A DNA stretch of 64,000 nt from Octopus sinensis (Eukaryota), in assembly GCF_006345805.1 (NCBI RefSeq), contig NC_043005.1, forward strand, positions 10,912,001-10,976,000, given 5' to 3'. The notes beneath the pieces are model-generated. The model made no database searches, was not told where the DNA came from, and saw nothing but the letters and a program-made list of their open reading frames with translations. The position numbers and the translations under genes are program-made. Within the stretch, counting starts at the first letter, position 1. The number at the start of each line of letters is the position of its first letter. Shown piece after piece: positions 27,524 through 41,805 of this stretch.

Positions 27524-30500
27524 TATATTAAACTTTTTAATACTTTTTGATATTTATATATATTTAATAAAAAAAAAAATTATAAATATAAATTAATAAT
27601 TTTAATTTTAAATTTAAATAATTTAAATTTTATATTTTATATATTATATTAATTATTTTTATTTTTATGTTTTCGTTTATGTTTTTCACTGTTTGATTTG
27701 CCTAATAGTGGTTTTATCTCTAATTTAATTTTTATATATTCTGTCTGGCAACCGTGTCGGTGGCACGTAAAAGCACCATCCGTTCGCGTCCGTTGCCAGC
27801 CTCGGCTGGCCCCCGTGCCGGTGACACGTAAAAGCACCGTCCGTTCGTGGCCAGTTGCCAGCTCTGTCTGGCCCGTGTCGGTGGCACGTAAAAGCACCAT
27901 CCGTTCGTGTCCGTTGCCAGCATCGCCTGGCCCCGTGCCGGTGACACGTAAAAGCACCATCCGTTCGCGTCCGTTGCCAGCCTCGGCTGGCCCCCGTGCC
28001 GGTGACACGTAAAAGCACCGTCCGTTCGTGGCCAGTTGCCAGCTCTGTCTGGCCCGTGTCGGTGGCACGTAAAAGCACCATCCGTTCGTGTCCGTTGCCA
28101 GCATCGCCTGGCCCCGTGCCGGTGACACGTAAAAGCACCATCCGTTCGTGGCCGTTCGCCAGCTCTGTCTGGCACCTGTGCAGGTGGCATGTAAAAAACA
28201 CCCACTACACTCGCGGAGTGGTTGGCGTTAGGAAGGGCATCCAGCCGTAGAAACACTGCCAGATCTGACTGGGCCTGACGAAGCCTTCCAGCTTCACAGA
28301 CCCCAGTTGACCCGTCCAACCCATGCTAGCATGGAAAGCGGACGTTAAACGACGATGATGATGATGATACATCTCATTGAGTTGGGAGTGCTTATATATT
28401 GCGAGTACTAGATGACCTCACTAGTGCCAGTGCCACTTAATAAACATGTAGTACACTGTTAAGTGGTTGCCATTAGGAAGGGCATCAAGCTGTAGAAATT
28501 GTGCTAAACCAAACATAGAACTTGGTAGAGTCCTTTGGCTTGTCGTTCTTGTCAAACTGTCCAACCCATGCCAGCATGGAAAAAAGGACATTAAATGATG
28601 ATGATGACAACATGTCATCTTCATCGATTTCTTTCTATGCTGCTAGTTTTGGCATAGTTTCTACAAGTGGATGCCTTTCCTAAAACCAACCCCTTTGCAG
28701 TGTGTACTAGGTGCTTTTTATTGTGGCACCAACGCATGTGTGTGCATACACATACTTATATACACACACATATATATTTATATACATATATTGTTGTCAT
28801 CTTCTATCGCCAAAGTGATGGTCTTAACTTTTTGTATATCTTAAATACATGATACAGTAGTCTTCCATTTTCTTTTTTATTAATATAGTTTAGTATTATT
28901 TGAGGGGAATTTGTCTGCCATTTCTAGCAGGTTGGGCAACCATGTATTGGATTCTTCATTGGTTAGAAGGCAGCTGTTGTTATTGTAGTTATTTTCTATA
29001 GTATCAGCTATTCCCACTTTTAAATGCCCTTCTTTTATCATATGGTATAGTTCGAGAGGATTTTTGCTTCTATTTCTTTTAGGTCCAGTGACCACTAGAG
29101 GCTTTCTTACTGTTTTGATTTTTAGTTAGTTAGTTTTAAAATTATGTAGGTTTCTCTTTTTCGTTTAACCGTATTTCAATTAAATGTCTCTTTCTGTTCT
29201 TCCATAATTACAGGCGGAAATCTAATCGCAAAGAAAAAGTTGATGAGCAAACAAAACCTCCCGTTGAAGTGTGTCCTCATCCAAGTGATCCTGTTGAAAT
29301 GAGAAGACAACATTATCAAACCCCCGGTATGTACTTCCCAACGTCAGGTTATCTGTCTGTTTAAATATTCTGTTCAAACAACATACTTTTCCCTGTCTTG
29401 ACCTATGCACATATATATATATTTATATCACCGTGATCACCGTGTCGGACCAGGCTATCAGATGTTGCTACACATCGCTGGTCACAATGCGCTTCGCATT
29501 GTTTTAGCCTTCAAATGACGCCACCCCGCTGGCTAAGCGAGCAGGCCAACAGAAGAAAGAGTGAGAGAAAGTTGTGGCAAAAGAGTACAGCAGGGATCGC
29601 CATCACCCACTGCCGGAGCCTCGTGGAGCTTTAGGTGTTTTCGCTCAATAAACACTCACAATACCCGGTCTGGGAATCAAAACCGCAATCCTACAACCGC
29701 GAGTCCGCTGCCCTAACCACAGGGCCATTGCGCCTCCACATATATTGGCGTTAGGAAGGGCATCCAGTCGTAGAAACACTGCCAGATTTGACTGGGCCTG
29801 ATGAAGCCTTCTGGCTTCGCAGACCCCAGTAGAACCGTCCAACCCATGCTAGCATGGAAAACGGACGCTAAACGATGATGATGATGATGATGATTTATAT
29901 ATATATATATATATTAGCAATGGAAGTAAGTACATAATAGTAACCTTTATATTTTACTGAATATGGATAGACAGTGAGAACATCATAATACTGTGATATT
30001 CATCCGTACAAGAAGCTTCTGCAGTATTATAGCATTTTTACGGTATATAAACATTGAGTAGGATAGATATATATATTTATGTATACACACACACACAAAC
30101 GTGTGTATTTATATATATACATATTTATGGGTCATTCCATAAATAATATGGTTTTTTCAGTTGTATGAAATAAAAGTCAGATGGGGACAGGATAACCTAC
30201 CTGCATCAACTTGCTATAAAAGCAGGTTGTGATTTTCCCTTATACTTATTCTTAGTGTATGTTTTGAAGAGTGCAGTTCAATTTTAAGTTTTTTTTTTTT
30301 CAAAGCCATAATGGAAATGGCAAAGGAGCATATGCAGATATTTTACTTTATGAGTTTAAAATTGGACAATAACCTTAAGACAGTGTCAATGGTGGTCCCA
30401 GAAATTCTGAGCTAGAAACTACAGCCTAGAAGACAGCCTTGTTGTGGAAAATCTCTAGAGTTTCACAAGAGCGTCCTGCAAACCCTGGTGGAACAAAATT

Positions 30501-33500
30501 CCAATGTAACTGTTGAAGAACTAGCAGAGAAGCTTGGATTTGGTCGTTCAACCATTCAATAACACCTGCGTGCCATCAAAAATTCAACAAATTGAGTCAG
30601 TGGGTTCCTCACAAACTTTCTGAGTCTGATCACACACAGAGAGTGAATGTGTGCTCTTCTTTGCTGTCACGTCTCACGGATGAACCTTTTTTTAACCGAA
30701 TAGTGATTGATGATGAGAAATGGGTTCTCTATAAAAATGTCAAGCACCGAAGACAGTGGGTAGGAAAAGGAGAAACACCGGCACCCCAAGCTAAAGAAGG
30801 TCTTCACCCACCTAAGGTGTTGTTATCTGTTTGGTGAGATATGAAAGGCTTAGTCCACTTTGAACTTTTAAACCCAAACTAAACGATAACAAAGGAGATC
30901 AACTGTAAGCAGCTTCAGCGGCTTAAGTTAACACTAGAAAAAAAAAATCAATCATCTTTGGTTTCAAGACGAAAAGTATTCTTCCATCAGGATAATGCTC
31001 AGTCACATACAACAAGGATGACATTCCAAAGGCTTGAGCAGTTTGAATGGGAAACGATGCCCCTCCCACCATATTTGCCGGACATTGCCTCATCTGATTA
31101 TCATTTATTCCACAGGTGTTCAAAATCATTTGGACAGAAAAAATATGAATTCTGTAGAAGAGGTCAGAACAGTACTGGTGGAGTATTTTTCACCACAGAC
31201 AAGTGAATTTTGGAAGTGGGGCCCTGCCAGTCTACCAGAGCATTGTAGAAAATGAAGGAGATTATATTTAGATTAAGAAAGAACTTTATCTTAATTTTGA
31301 AAAATAAAAGAAGTGTAAAAAACCGCATTTATGGGAAGACCCAATATATAGGTTGATCCTCAGCCCCCTTTTGTTCATCATAGTCCTCCAGGCAATAACA
31401 GAGGAATTTAAGACAGGCTGCCCCTGGGAGCTCCTCTTTGCTGATGACCGTGTTCTTATAGAGAAATTGCAGGTATGGAAGCAAAGTCTAGAATTGAAGG
31501 ACCTTAGAATCAACCTAGCAAAAATCAAAGTCTTAGTAAGTAGGAAGGCAGACAAATCACAAATCCCTTTAGCTAGATGGCCCTGGTTGATCTGTAGAAA
31601 AAGGATAGGTAGAAACTCCATAAGATGCACCTAGTGTAAGCTTTGAACACATAATAGGTGCAGCAATATCAGAGGAAAGTTAAGAGGGAAAATAGCTTTT
31701 GTGTGTGGAAGATGCACAGGTACAATAAATAGTGGAAATGTACAGCAAATAGACTCCATAAAAAAGTATATCCTCAATATAGTGGGGATATACTTTTTTT
31801 ATATATACAAACCTGTGTATATCCTCAATATATTGTGAATATACACACATACACATGCTTTTTACTATCTTTAATAATCACCAGGAAGTTGCAAAAGTGA
31901 TTCAAGAGTAATGTGCAACATTCCTGGCTCTAGATTCTCTTTTTGTAACTTCACAAATAAGACAATAATTTATTTTCGAATGCAGAGATGCTGTTCGAAC
32001 AGCCGAAACATTTGGTAAATTATCCTTACAAAGCAAGAGAAATTTGTCAAGAAACAGCTATTCTTACATCACATTTGTAAGCATGTTTATTTTTATTAAT
32101 TGAAAATATTAAAGTAATTGATGTTATTTCTATATTTCCAGCAATGATTAGTCATCCGCCCATTCCTGTCCATATGCTAGCAGAACACATTGAGAATTTG
32201 AAAGCAAGTGACAATCTACGCTTCTCTCAAGAATATGAATCGATTGAACCAGGTCAACAGTTTACTTGGGACAATTCTAATCTTGAAGTGAATAAGCCTA
32301 AGAATAGATACGCTAATGTCATAGCTTATGACCATTCCAGAGTCATTCTTCAACCAATAGAAGGACTACCTGGAAGTGACTACATTAATGCCAACTATAT
32401 GGATGGTTATAGAAAGCAGAATGCTTACATTGCCACACAGGTAAATATAATTTCTTTTCACCTGTCTTCACTCTTTTGTCACCGTATTTCTGTTGACATT
32501 AATTGCTTTTATTTCATTTGAATTTGAAAATGATTTAGAATTCAGCTATCGTTAAGTTGGTGTTTGGAACAAATTTACATAAAATTTTTATGGAAGGTAT
32601 TAATTTTGAAACATAGAACTAGGGTGGTCTCATGCTGGTTGGTATCAAAAGGGTTTCAAAATTCCTTTTTTTGTAAATGGCTTACTACTTGGCAGAGTAA
32701 ATCTGTCACCCAGTTTAACACCACCAACTGGTACTTTTAGTAAAGCTCCCTTTGTTACTAACATTTAAAGCAGGTCTCTGGTATGAGAATAACCAAAGAG
32801 AGTGATTCCTTCCTTCCTTCCTTTCTCCATCCCATTAGTCTCAGAGCCCCTGAATAAGATCAATCATGAGTACTGCCTTTTTTTCTCTTGGTTAAGTCTG
32901 AAACACTGTAAGAAAGCTGGTTTGTTTTTTAAATGTTTAACCCCTTAGTGTTCAGATTACTCTGTTAAATGTAATACTTTTTCACTCAAATTGTTTTGAA
33001 TTGATCATGCATTATGTTAAATCTTTGAGGTTTCAATGATGTGATTGTCTATTTTTAGAATGTCAATGTAGGTTAGGTGTAAGAGGCTGGATATGGCCAG
33101 TTTGAATATAAAACATGTAGAATATCTGGGCCAGATATGGCCGGTTTAAACATTAAGGGGTTAAAGTAATGATGGAGTTGGAATTTGTGTTTCACTTAAG
33201 CTGTGATCTATTTATTTATTTATTTATTTGATAAGATAAATCTAAATCATTTTATCATATATATTAATCTGTTAAGATGATGGGCTAAACTTTGAAGAAG
33301 ATTTAGTTGCTGAGTGATACATGTCTAAGGACATTTATAATTGTATATTTTTTTGCATGATTTTTTTCGAAGCAATAAATAGTTTACTTATGTAATTTAT
33401 TCATCTGTTTTAGGGTCCACTTCCTGAAACATTTGGGGACTTCTGGCGCATGGTTTGGGAACAGAGAAGTTCCACTATTGTCATGATGACGAAATTAGAA

Positions 33501-36500
33501 GAGCGGTCAAGGGTAAGATTTAAACCAAACTGGTTTTTTTATATTACTTTGAAACAGTTTTGTTTGTTAATACTCTAGTTATCATCTCATTGACTATCTT
33601 CTTTTGTTGGATTTTACAGATTAAATGTGACCAATATTGGCCCTCCCGAGGTCCAGAAACATATGGTCTAATGCAGGTTACTTTGCAAGATGTGACAGAA
33701 CTGGCAACTTATACAATAAGAACATTCTATGTAGCTAAGGTATACTTCTTTCTTTCTAAATTTTATTCTGTCCATAGAGAAAATTTGCTTTTTAACTGAC
33801 TTAATTTAATATTATTTTCATTGACATTTTCATCCACAGTATGGTTGTGCAGAAAAGAGAGAAGTTCGGCAGTTTCAATTTACTGCCTGGCCCGACCATG
33901 GTGTACCAGATCATCCTACACCCCTGTTGATGTTTATGCGTAGAGTAAAGGCTAGCAATCCGCTGGACGCTGGCCCAATGATAGCACATTGCAGGTATGG
34001 AATTAATTAATTATATAAATTATAAATAGATCATTACTAGTAATAAATTATGTTAATTCAAGTCTGTAGTGTTTCACAAAACAAACTATTATGCCTTAAC
34101 AAATTTTGATTTCATTTAGTGGATCGTTTTTATAAAGAGTTTGCAAATTACTATTCTTACTCAAACAACTTATGAAATAAGAATTCTTGTGCATGGAAAT
34201 CTCTAGAATTGTAATACTTGTTAAGTAAAATAATTACTCTATAATCTATAGTAATTAATTTTTTTCTAGTTCTGTTGCCACTGTTTGTGTCTTGTACCAT
34301 TATTAAGTTAAAGTCGCTTATGAATACAGAACTGTAAAGAATATAAAAACAAGAAACTGGGAGTATGCTCTGGATTGGAGAAACTTTAGCTGAATCCTGA
34401 GAGTATCAATTCTAATTTCCTGAAAGTTTCAGTTCTAAGTGTTGTCTTATTGATCATCACTTTTACAAGATTCAAGGAATAACTTATATCCAACTTTCAA
34501 ATTCATTGTAATAAACCTGACTCTTGTTACTTAGTTGGTGTCTACTTGATATCTTAATGAAATTCCTTGCATTTTTATATTGCCTGAAAGCTTTGCAACA
34601 TTGGCACCACTGTGTGTGTGTGTTCGATCATAATAAAGGAAGCTGTTTTGCAATTTTGCAAAGATTCGATCATAATAATTGCATTTTTTTATTACTAAAG
34701 ATGTTAAATCATTCATAAGCTTTGTAGTGACACAGTGAACCACCAGGTTCATACATGTACTTTGATATACTGAGTACATTTCTGTGGAGAAATTTTGAGG
34801 AGCAACTGGGTGAAATTCAGTAATAGTCTTGAGTACTCTATTTGATATTTGTATATCATCATCATCATCGTTTAACGTCCGCTTTCCATGCTAGCATGGG
34901 TTGGACGGTTCAACTGGGGTCTGGCGAGCCCGAAGGCTGCACCAGGCCAGTCAGATCTGGCAGTGTTTCTACAGCTGGATGCCCTTCCTAACGCCAACCA
35001 CTCCATATATTTTCAAAGAAATAAGAACTTTTCTTGATATTTTGCTCATTCTTACCTTTTTTTTTTCATTTTCTTTTTAGTGCTGGTGTGGGGAGAACTG
35101 GTGCTTTTATTGTGATTGACTCAATGCTTGAGCGTATTAAGCATGAGAAAACTGTGGACATTTACGGGCATGTGACTTGCTTGCGAGCTCAGCGCAACTA
35201 CATGGTACAAACCGAGGACCAATATATATTCATTCATGATGCTTTACTTGAAGCTGTTACTTGTGGAAATACAGAAGTTCCTGCTCGCAATCTGGGTGCT
35301 CATATACAAAAGTTATCCCAACCAGATCCAGGAGAAACAGTAACAGGAATGGAATTAGAATTCAAGGTATGTGATCAATTTCACCTTTGGTTTTTGCCAT
35401 TATCATTAGCATCTCCATTTAATGTCCACTTTTCCATGCTTGCATGGGTCAGATGGAATTTGTTGAGACAGATTTTTTTCTATGGCCAGATACCAGTCTT
35501 GTCACCAAACATCACATATTTCCAAGCTGCTAATATTTCCCATAGCCTGGTCTGTTTTATTCCTGATGACTGGAAACAAACAACATCACTAATATGTCGG
35601 TGATACTTATTTACAACTGACAGGAAAAGGGTACACTTAAACCCACACACACAAATATTTATAACAGGCTGCTTTCAGTTTTTATCTATCAAATCTACTC
35701 ATAAGATTTTAGTCAACCTGCTATAGTAGAAAATACTTGCCGAAGGTGCCACACAGTGGAACTGAACTACACCATGTGATTGGGAGGCAAGCTTTGCATT
35801 AAAGATTAGATCAGAATCAAATCCAGATTTGTTAAATTAAAAATGATAATTACCATATTTACAGTTATTTGATTATAACTATGTTTAAGAGGAAAGTTAA
35901 AACAGTATTTTTAACCCTTTCGTTACTGTATTTATTTTGAGGTGCTCTGCATTTCTTTCAATTACTTTAAATATAACAAAGAATTTTATAAAATAACTTA
36001 GTTATCATTCAGCTAGTGTTAGGAACATAAATTGTGACTAAGGTTTGGTGGAAGATTTTAATTCAAAACTTATGAAAACAAGACAGTTTCAGCCGGGTTG
36101 GTAATGAAAGGGTTAATGGTTTATATTGACCAATCTGATTTTTAAATTATTAACTACATCTTGGTTTATATCTTTATCCTACATATCTTTAATAATCTTC
36201 TACAAGATTATACGTATATGGAAATTGCAGATGTGTTACCAGTGCCGGTGGCATGTAAGAGAACTTTCCGTTTCGCGACCGTTGCCAGCACAGCCCCGTT
36301 TCGTGTCCGTTGCCAGCCTCGCCTGGCCCTCGTGCCGGTGGCACATAAAAAGCACCATCCGTTCGTGGCCGTTTGCCAGCTCTGTCTGGCACCAGTGCGG
36401 GTGGCACGTAAAAAACACCCACTACACTCACGGAGTGGTTGGCGTTAGGAAGGGCATCCAGCCGTAGAAACACTGCCAGATTTGACTGGGCCTGATGAAG

Positions 36501-37054
36501 CCTTCTGGCTTCACAGACCCCAGTAGAACCGTCCAACCCATGCTAGCATGGAAAACAGACGCTAAACAATGATATCTATATATATGTATATATATATATA
36601 GCATGATATTTTGATATTACTGAGGTTTTCTATCACACTTTGAGAACAATGGCATCATTAGTTATGTGGTTCTAACAAGCCAAACGCTGGTTCACTGTGT
36701 TTATGAGAGCAAGAATGCTAGTTGATTTCACAAAGTGTAGGAAACATAATATATTGGGTAGAGTAAATGTGTATATTAGTTTAGGCCATTTTTATCTAGT
36801 TGCTCAGTTTTATGCCTAGAGGTAAATTTCAGTGAAAGTGATTTGTATTGAAAGCTCCATGATGGTTAGATGATACAGTAGTAATGGGCTATACCATCAC
36901 ACCTGTCTGTAGCTCCCACCATCAACTACCTTCATCTAAGGGTATGCTGCAGGTGTGAAATTGAGTAACTAAATATAAACATTATTAAGCAGGTGTGTGT
37001 TACATCATCATCATCATATATATATATATGTATGTATGTGTGTGTGTGTATATA

Positions 37055-37085
<31 letters not shown>

Positions 37086-37278
37086 GTGTATGTATATGTA
37101 TATATATGTGTGTGTGTATGTGTATATATATATATATACATGTGTGTGTGTATGTGTATATATATATATACATGTGTGTGTGTATGTGTATATATGTATA
37201 CATGTGTGTGTATATGTATATATATATATGTGTATGTGTATATATGTATACATTTGTGTGTGTGTATATATGTATGTA

Positions 37279-37328
<50 letters not shown>

Positions 37329-40300
37329 AAGAGAGAGCATTATATACATAAAAAAATATTACTCTATATTGATCAGGTGGCTATTGACTGTTTATAGTTT
37401 TAAATGGTAACCACTTTTATCCATTTTCTTTTCTTTTTTATTCCAGAGATTAGCAAATGTGAAAGCTAATCCTAATAGATTTGTCAGTGCCAATCTTCCT
37501 GTGAACAAATTTAAAAACCGACTGGTGAACATATTACCATGTAAGTATTCATTCAATCCTGCCTCACCTTGAGTGAAAGATATATGTAACATAGACAGAG
37601 AGACCTAAGACTGATCAAATCTCATTTGGGTATACCTGTACTACCTTCTGTGGCAGTATACCTTGAACAACATTATCCAGTGTGACCAATGATAAACTGC
37701 TAGTGTGTGCTCCAGATCAGCCCTAATATAGCAGACATCCCTTTGAATCTTTGATCAGAAGTCATTCCTACTGTGGTCACACCATTGTATGAATTACTCT
37801 ACTTTGGATAATATTGTCAAAAGTATTCCTTTATATATTGTTAGGGTGTAATTCAAAATAGATTTGGTTGCTATTTTTAGCAGTTGAGCCTTCTTCATAG
37901 AGGTTCCCTCATTTATGATGTATAATTGTATTGCTATTTGAATGTTTTAAAATACTCGTAACTTCTTAACTTATTACTAAATTAGAAATGGTCTACACTA
38001 GTGAAGTACTATCATGGTGTGAAGATATCAATTTAATGTAATTGTCAGTACTTGCCTCTCATGTACCCCAGTTAACCTTTAATTCTTCACCGTTATTTTT
38101 TTAACAGATGAATCAACAAGAGTGTGCTTACAGCCTATCCGAGGAGTAGATGGCTCTGACTATATCAATGCCAGCTTCATTGATGTAAGGATGTTCAATA
38201 TTCTCTGTTTTATTTAAATATGCAATAACAATTTTTCCATTTAACTTGCATAGCTTATTAAAAAGACAACACAACTGCTGTGTATTAATATTTACACATG
38301 CTTTTGATTTCCAACAGGGTTACCGCTACAAGAAGGCCTACATAGCCACACAAGGTCCTCTCGTAGAAACTACAGAAGATTTCTGGCGTATGCTGTGGGA
38401 GCACAATTCTACTATTATAGTGATGCTTACAAAATTGAGAGAGATGGGAAGGGTATGTATGTGAAGATTTTTTTCATTTATGCATTTTATTTTCAGTTTT
38501 GAGAGTGCCACCAGAGGTCAAGGACACTGTTCTTTTCATCATCATCATCATCGTTTAATGTCCGTTCTCCATGCTAACATGGGTTGGACGGTTCGACCGG
38601 GGATCTGGGAAATCAGAAGGCTGCACCAGGCTCCAGTCTGATCTGGCAGTGTTTCTACAGCTGGATGTCCTTCCTAACGCCAACCACTCCGTGAGTGTAG
38701 TGGGTGCTTTTTACGTGCCACCGACACAGGTGCCAGGCGAGGCTGGCAACGGCCACGATCGGGTTGGTGCTTTTTACGTGCCACCGGCATGGAAGCCAGT
38801 CAAGGCGGCACTGGCATAACTTAAATGAAACAATTTTCACACACACACATGTGTCTAAGCATGGCTGTATAGTTTAAAAAGTTTGCTTGACAACCACATA
38901 CTTTTTGGTTCAGGTGCACTGCATGATGCAATTATCACTTAATTTTAGTTCTGGGCTGACGAATGTCTTCAGAAACTGTACACAGCCTGTCATGTGTTGT
39001 GTGTCTGTGTGAATGCTTACAATCTGCACTTTACATGAGAAAGCTACAAACAGTCATGTTGGTTGATATTTGCCTGTCAACAAATCATCCAGCAGCTCTG
39101 TGCTTTTGAAAATGTGTGGAATAAAATCTTTACTTAACCCTTTAGTATTCAGATTATTCTGTCAAATGTAATGCTTATTAATGCATATTGTTTTGAATTA
39201 ATCATGCAAAGACATCGTAGTATAGAAATTTTGAGGATGTGATTGCTTATTCTTAGAATGACATTGTAGGATAAGTGTGCAAAGCCAGATCCTGCTGGTT
39301 TGAACATAGAACAAGTAGAATATTTGGGGCGGTTTAAATGCTAAAGGGTTAAAAAACATATAAGAATGAGTGATAAGATGGGCATCCAGCTGTAAAAACA
39401 ATGCCTTGTTTAACTATACTAGCTTGGAAAAACATGAACAAAAAAATATATTTTTTCACTATTTATAAGTTAATTGTTTCATTGATGCTATTTTGTTTGT
39501 TTGTCTCATCAATTTGTTTTCTTTTCTTTTTCTCAACAGGAGAAATGTCATCAGTACTGGCCTAGTGAGAGATCTGCTCGTTACCAATATTTTGTTGTAG
39601 ATCCAATGGCAGAATACAACATGCCTCAGTATATCCTTCGAGAATTCAAAGTTACTGATGCTAGGGTAGTTATTTTTATTCGTTACTCTATACTGTGAGT
39701 GTATGTTTGTGTATGTGCCAATAAGAGTGTATGTTTGTGTATGTGCCAATAAGAGTGTATGTTTGTGTATGTGCCAATAAGAGTGTATAGCCACTATCTG
39801 AGTTGAATATAATTTCAGTTGTTACTAATTAATTGTCTATGTATGTATGTGTGTGCATATGAGAGAGTTTCAAAGTGTAACCCTACATTTTGCTACTAAT
39901 TAGCTTACTTTATGTAATTTAATTAACTACATATTCCATAAACTCTTAGCCTCGTTACTAAAATCTATTGTAAGAACCCTGAATAATATAATTGTTGAAT
40001 AATATTCCTTTTGCCGTTTCAATTGATATATACTGATTAATTAATTAGGTTTAATTGCAAGTCTATTTTGATTATCTTTAATCACTAAAAAATTAATTGT
40101 ATTCTAATTTTGTCAGCTTGTGTTTAAGTGTATATGTGATTAATAGGGTGTGTACATATTTTGTTAATTTTGCTTTTTTTATTCATTTCATCCATCAGGT
40201 TATTAACCATGCTGGAGTACAGCCATGGTATATCAGTGGTTGACTTTGACTTTTTTTAAAAAGAATATCAATATTTAAAAGTCAAGAGTGGATTGTATGT

Positions 40301-41749
40301 TGCTTGCGTGTGGAGTGTGCTGCTAGATGGATACCAAGCTATCCATAATTCGGAATAATGAGTGGATAGTCATACTCTGTGCATACTGAACCCCCACCCC
40401 TGACCCCCCACTCTCTCTGTGCCCATCTTATATGTCCCCATCTCTTCTATTCACCATACCAGGTTGCCCAAACCTATGCAGTCTGAATCCTCCTTTCCCC
40501 AACTCCAGCTCCACTACACATATACTGTTACTCCTAACTATTTGAATCATGATGCTTGATTGAAAAGTAGGGATGGATTGCACTTTTGCTATCTTTACTC
40601 TCTCCCCCCCCCCCGAGTTTTCTGTCACCATGCTCTCTTCTGTTCATTTCCATTGGCTTACTACTTTTAGAATATACTCTGGCACCCCCTCCTTGTCCTT
40701 TGTTACTCTCCACATTACCGTCCTCTCTCAGCAATAAATCCATTCCTTTCCTCTTTCTGTAACTTCTCCCAACATCTCACTGAAGTCTTATCATTCCCCC
40801 TTTATCATTCATTGGTGAAAGTTCTTTCACCTTGTGGGTTTTAAGGTGACCTCACTAGTGCTGGTGGCACTAAAGATACCTTAGTACATTCCGTAAAGTG
40901 GATTTTAAATAGACCAGTAACAATGAGCAAGACAACTTCTAAGGTGCTGGTGCCACAAAAGAAGAAAAGACATGCTCCCAGCATACTCTGTTAAGTGTAC
41001 TAGGAGAATTTATGAAGGGCATCTAGCCCCCAAAATCAAGCCAAAACTGAAACACTGAGGCAAGATGTGCTGCTCTGACCTGTCAGATCTTGTAAACTCT
41101 CCATCTTATGCCAGCATGGAAAACATGTGTAAAAGGATGATGATGTAATATTAAGTAAATTGCTGCTTTATTCCCTGTTACACTGTGCTAATATATAAAT
41201 TTCTATCTTCCTTTCCAGAAATTGTTACTTCGTCATTAAGGAAAATTTCATGTTGCAACATAGCTTCCTTTCTCTCAATAGGAATTATAATTATTTATAG
41301 ACTCTAATGATATCTGAAAAGCTATGGTTGCCCCAGCTTACTACTTCTTTTGCCATATATTCCTCATAATTTCCTTTTCCCTCTGACCAAACCCTTTCTG
41401 CATATCATTTGGTATGAGCATGTGGTGTAGGTGGGAAACAGTAGATTTTATGAGAAGTGAGGAGCGCATATGGTTTGATGTTAGAAGAAAGGTGTTAAAC
41501 AAGTGTAATTCGAGAAGTGGTGAACAAAGATAATCCTTTTGAGAGAGTTAAGAAATTCAGTATTATTGTTTATTTGCTACTCAGAGTTTCTTGCAGGCAC
41601 TTATCTTCTGTAAAGAGAATCACTCTTTGAAATATTTAGAGGTTTATATTATATATGTAATATAAAATTCTCATCTCAAGATATATTCCTTTTATTATGT
41701 AGTTCTTTTTGCCTTCTTATTTGTATGAAATATGATACTACTACTACTA

Positions 41750-41805
<56 letters not shown>

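Noticed and set aside
27753-28175. Regular repeat array superficially like CRISPR
   Set aside because: No unique spacers, no cas genes, eukaryotic intronic context, and the units are part of a retroelement.
27649-28319. Long repetitive ORFs of 158-195 aa on the minus strand
   Set aside because: By-products of the GC-rich, stop-poor 60-bp array in a LINE 3' UTR; similar pseudo-ORFs (MDGSTGV..., MLAWVGRFD...) recur at other copies of this repeat.
36490-36525. CTGATGA inside the LINE 3' UTR as a possible hammerhead core
   Set aside because: The following hairpin (gaagcc-ttct-ggcttc) is not followed by GAAA, and the motif varies among copies (ctgatgc, ctggtgc, ctgacga).
36993-37410. Many overlapping 60-190 aa ORFs rich in Y/I/C/V/M or H/T (also at 48287-48572, 50872-52191, 53000-53425 and 54438-55237)
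   Set aside because: They are translations of TA/TG microsatellites, not genes.
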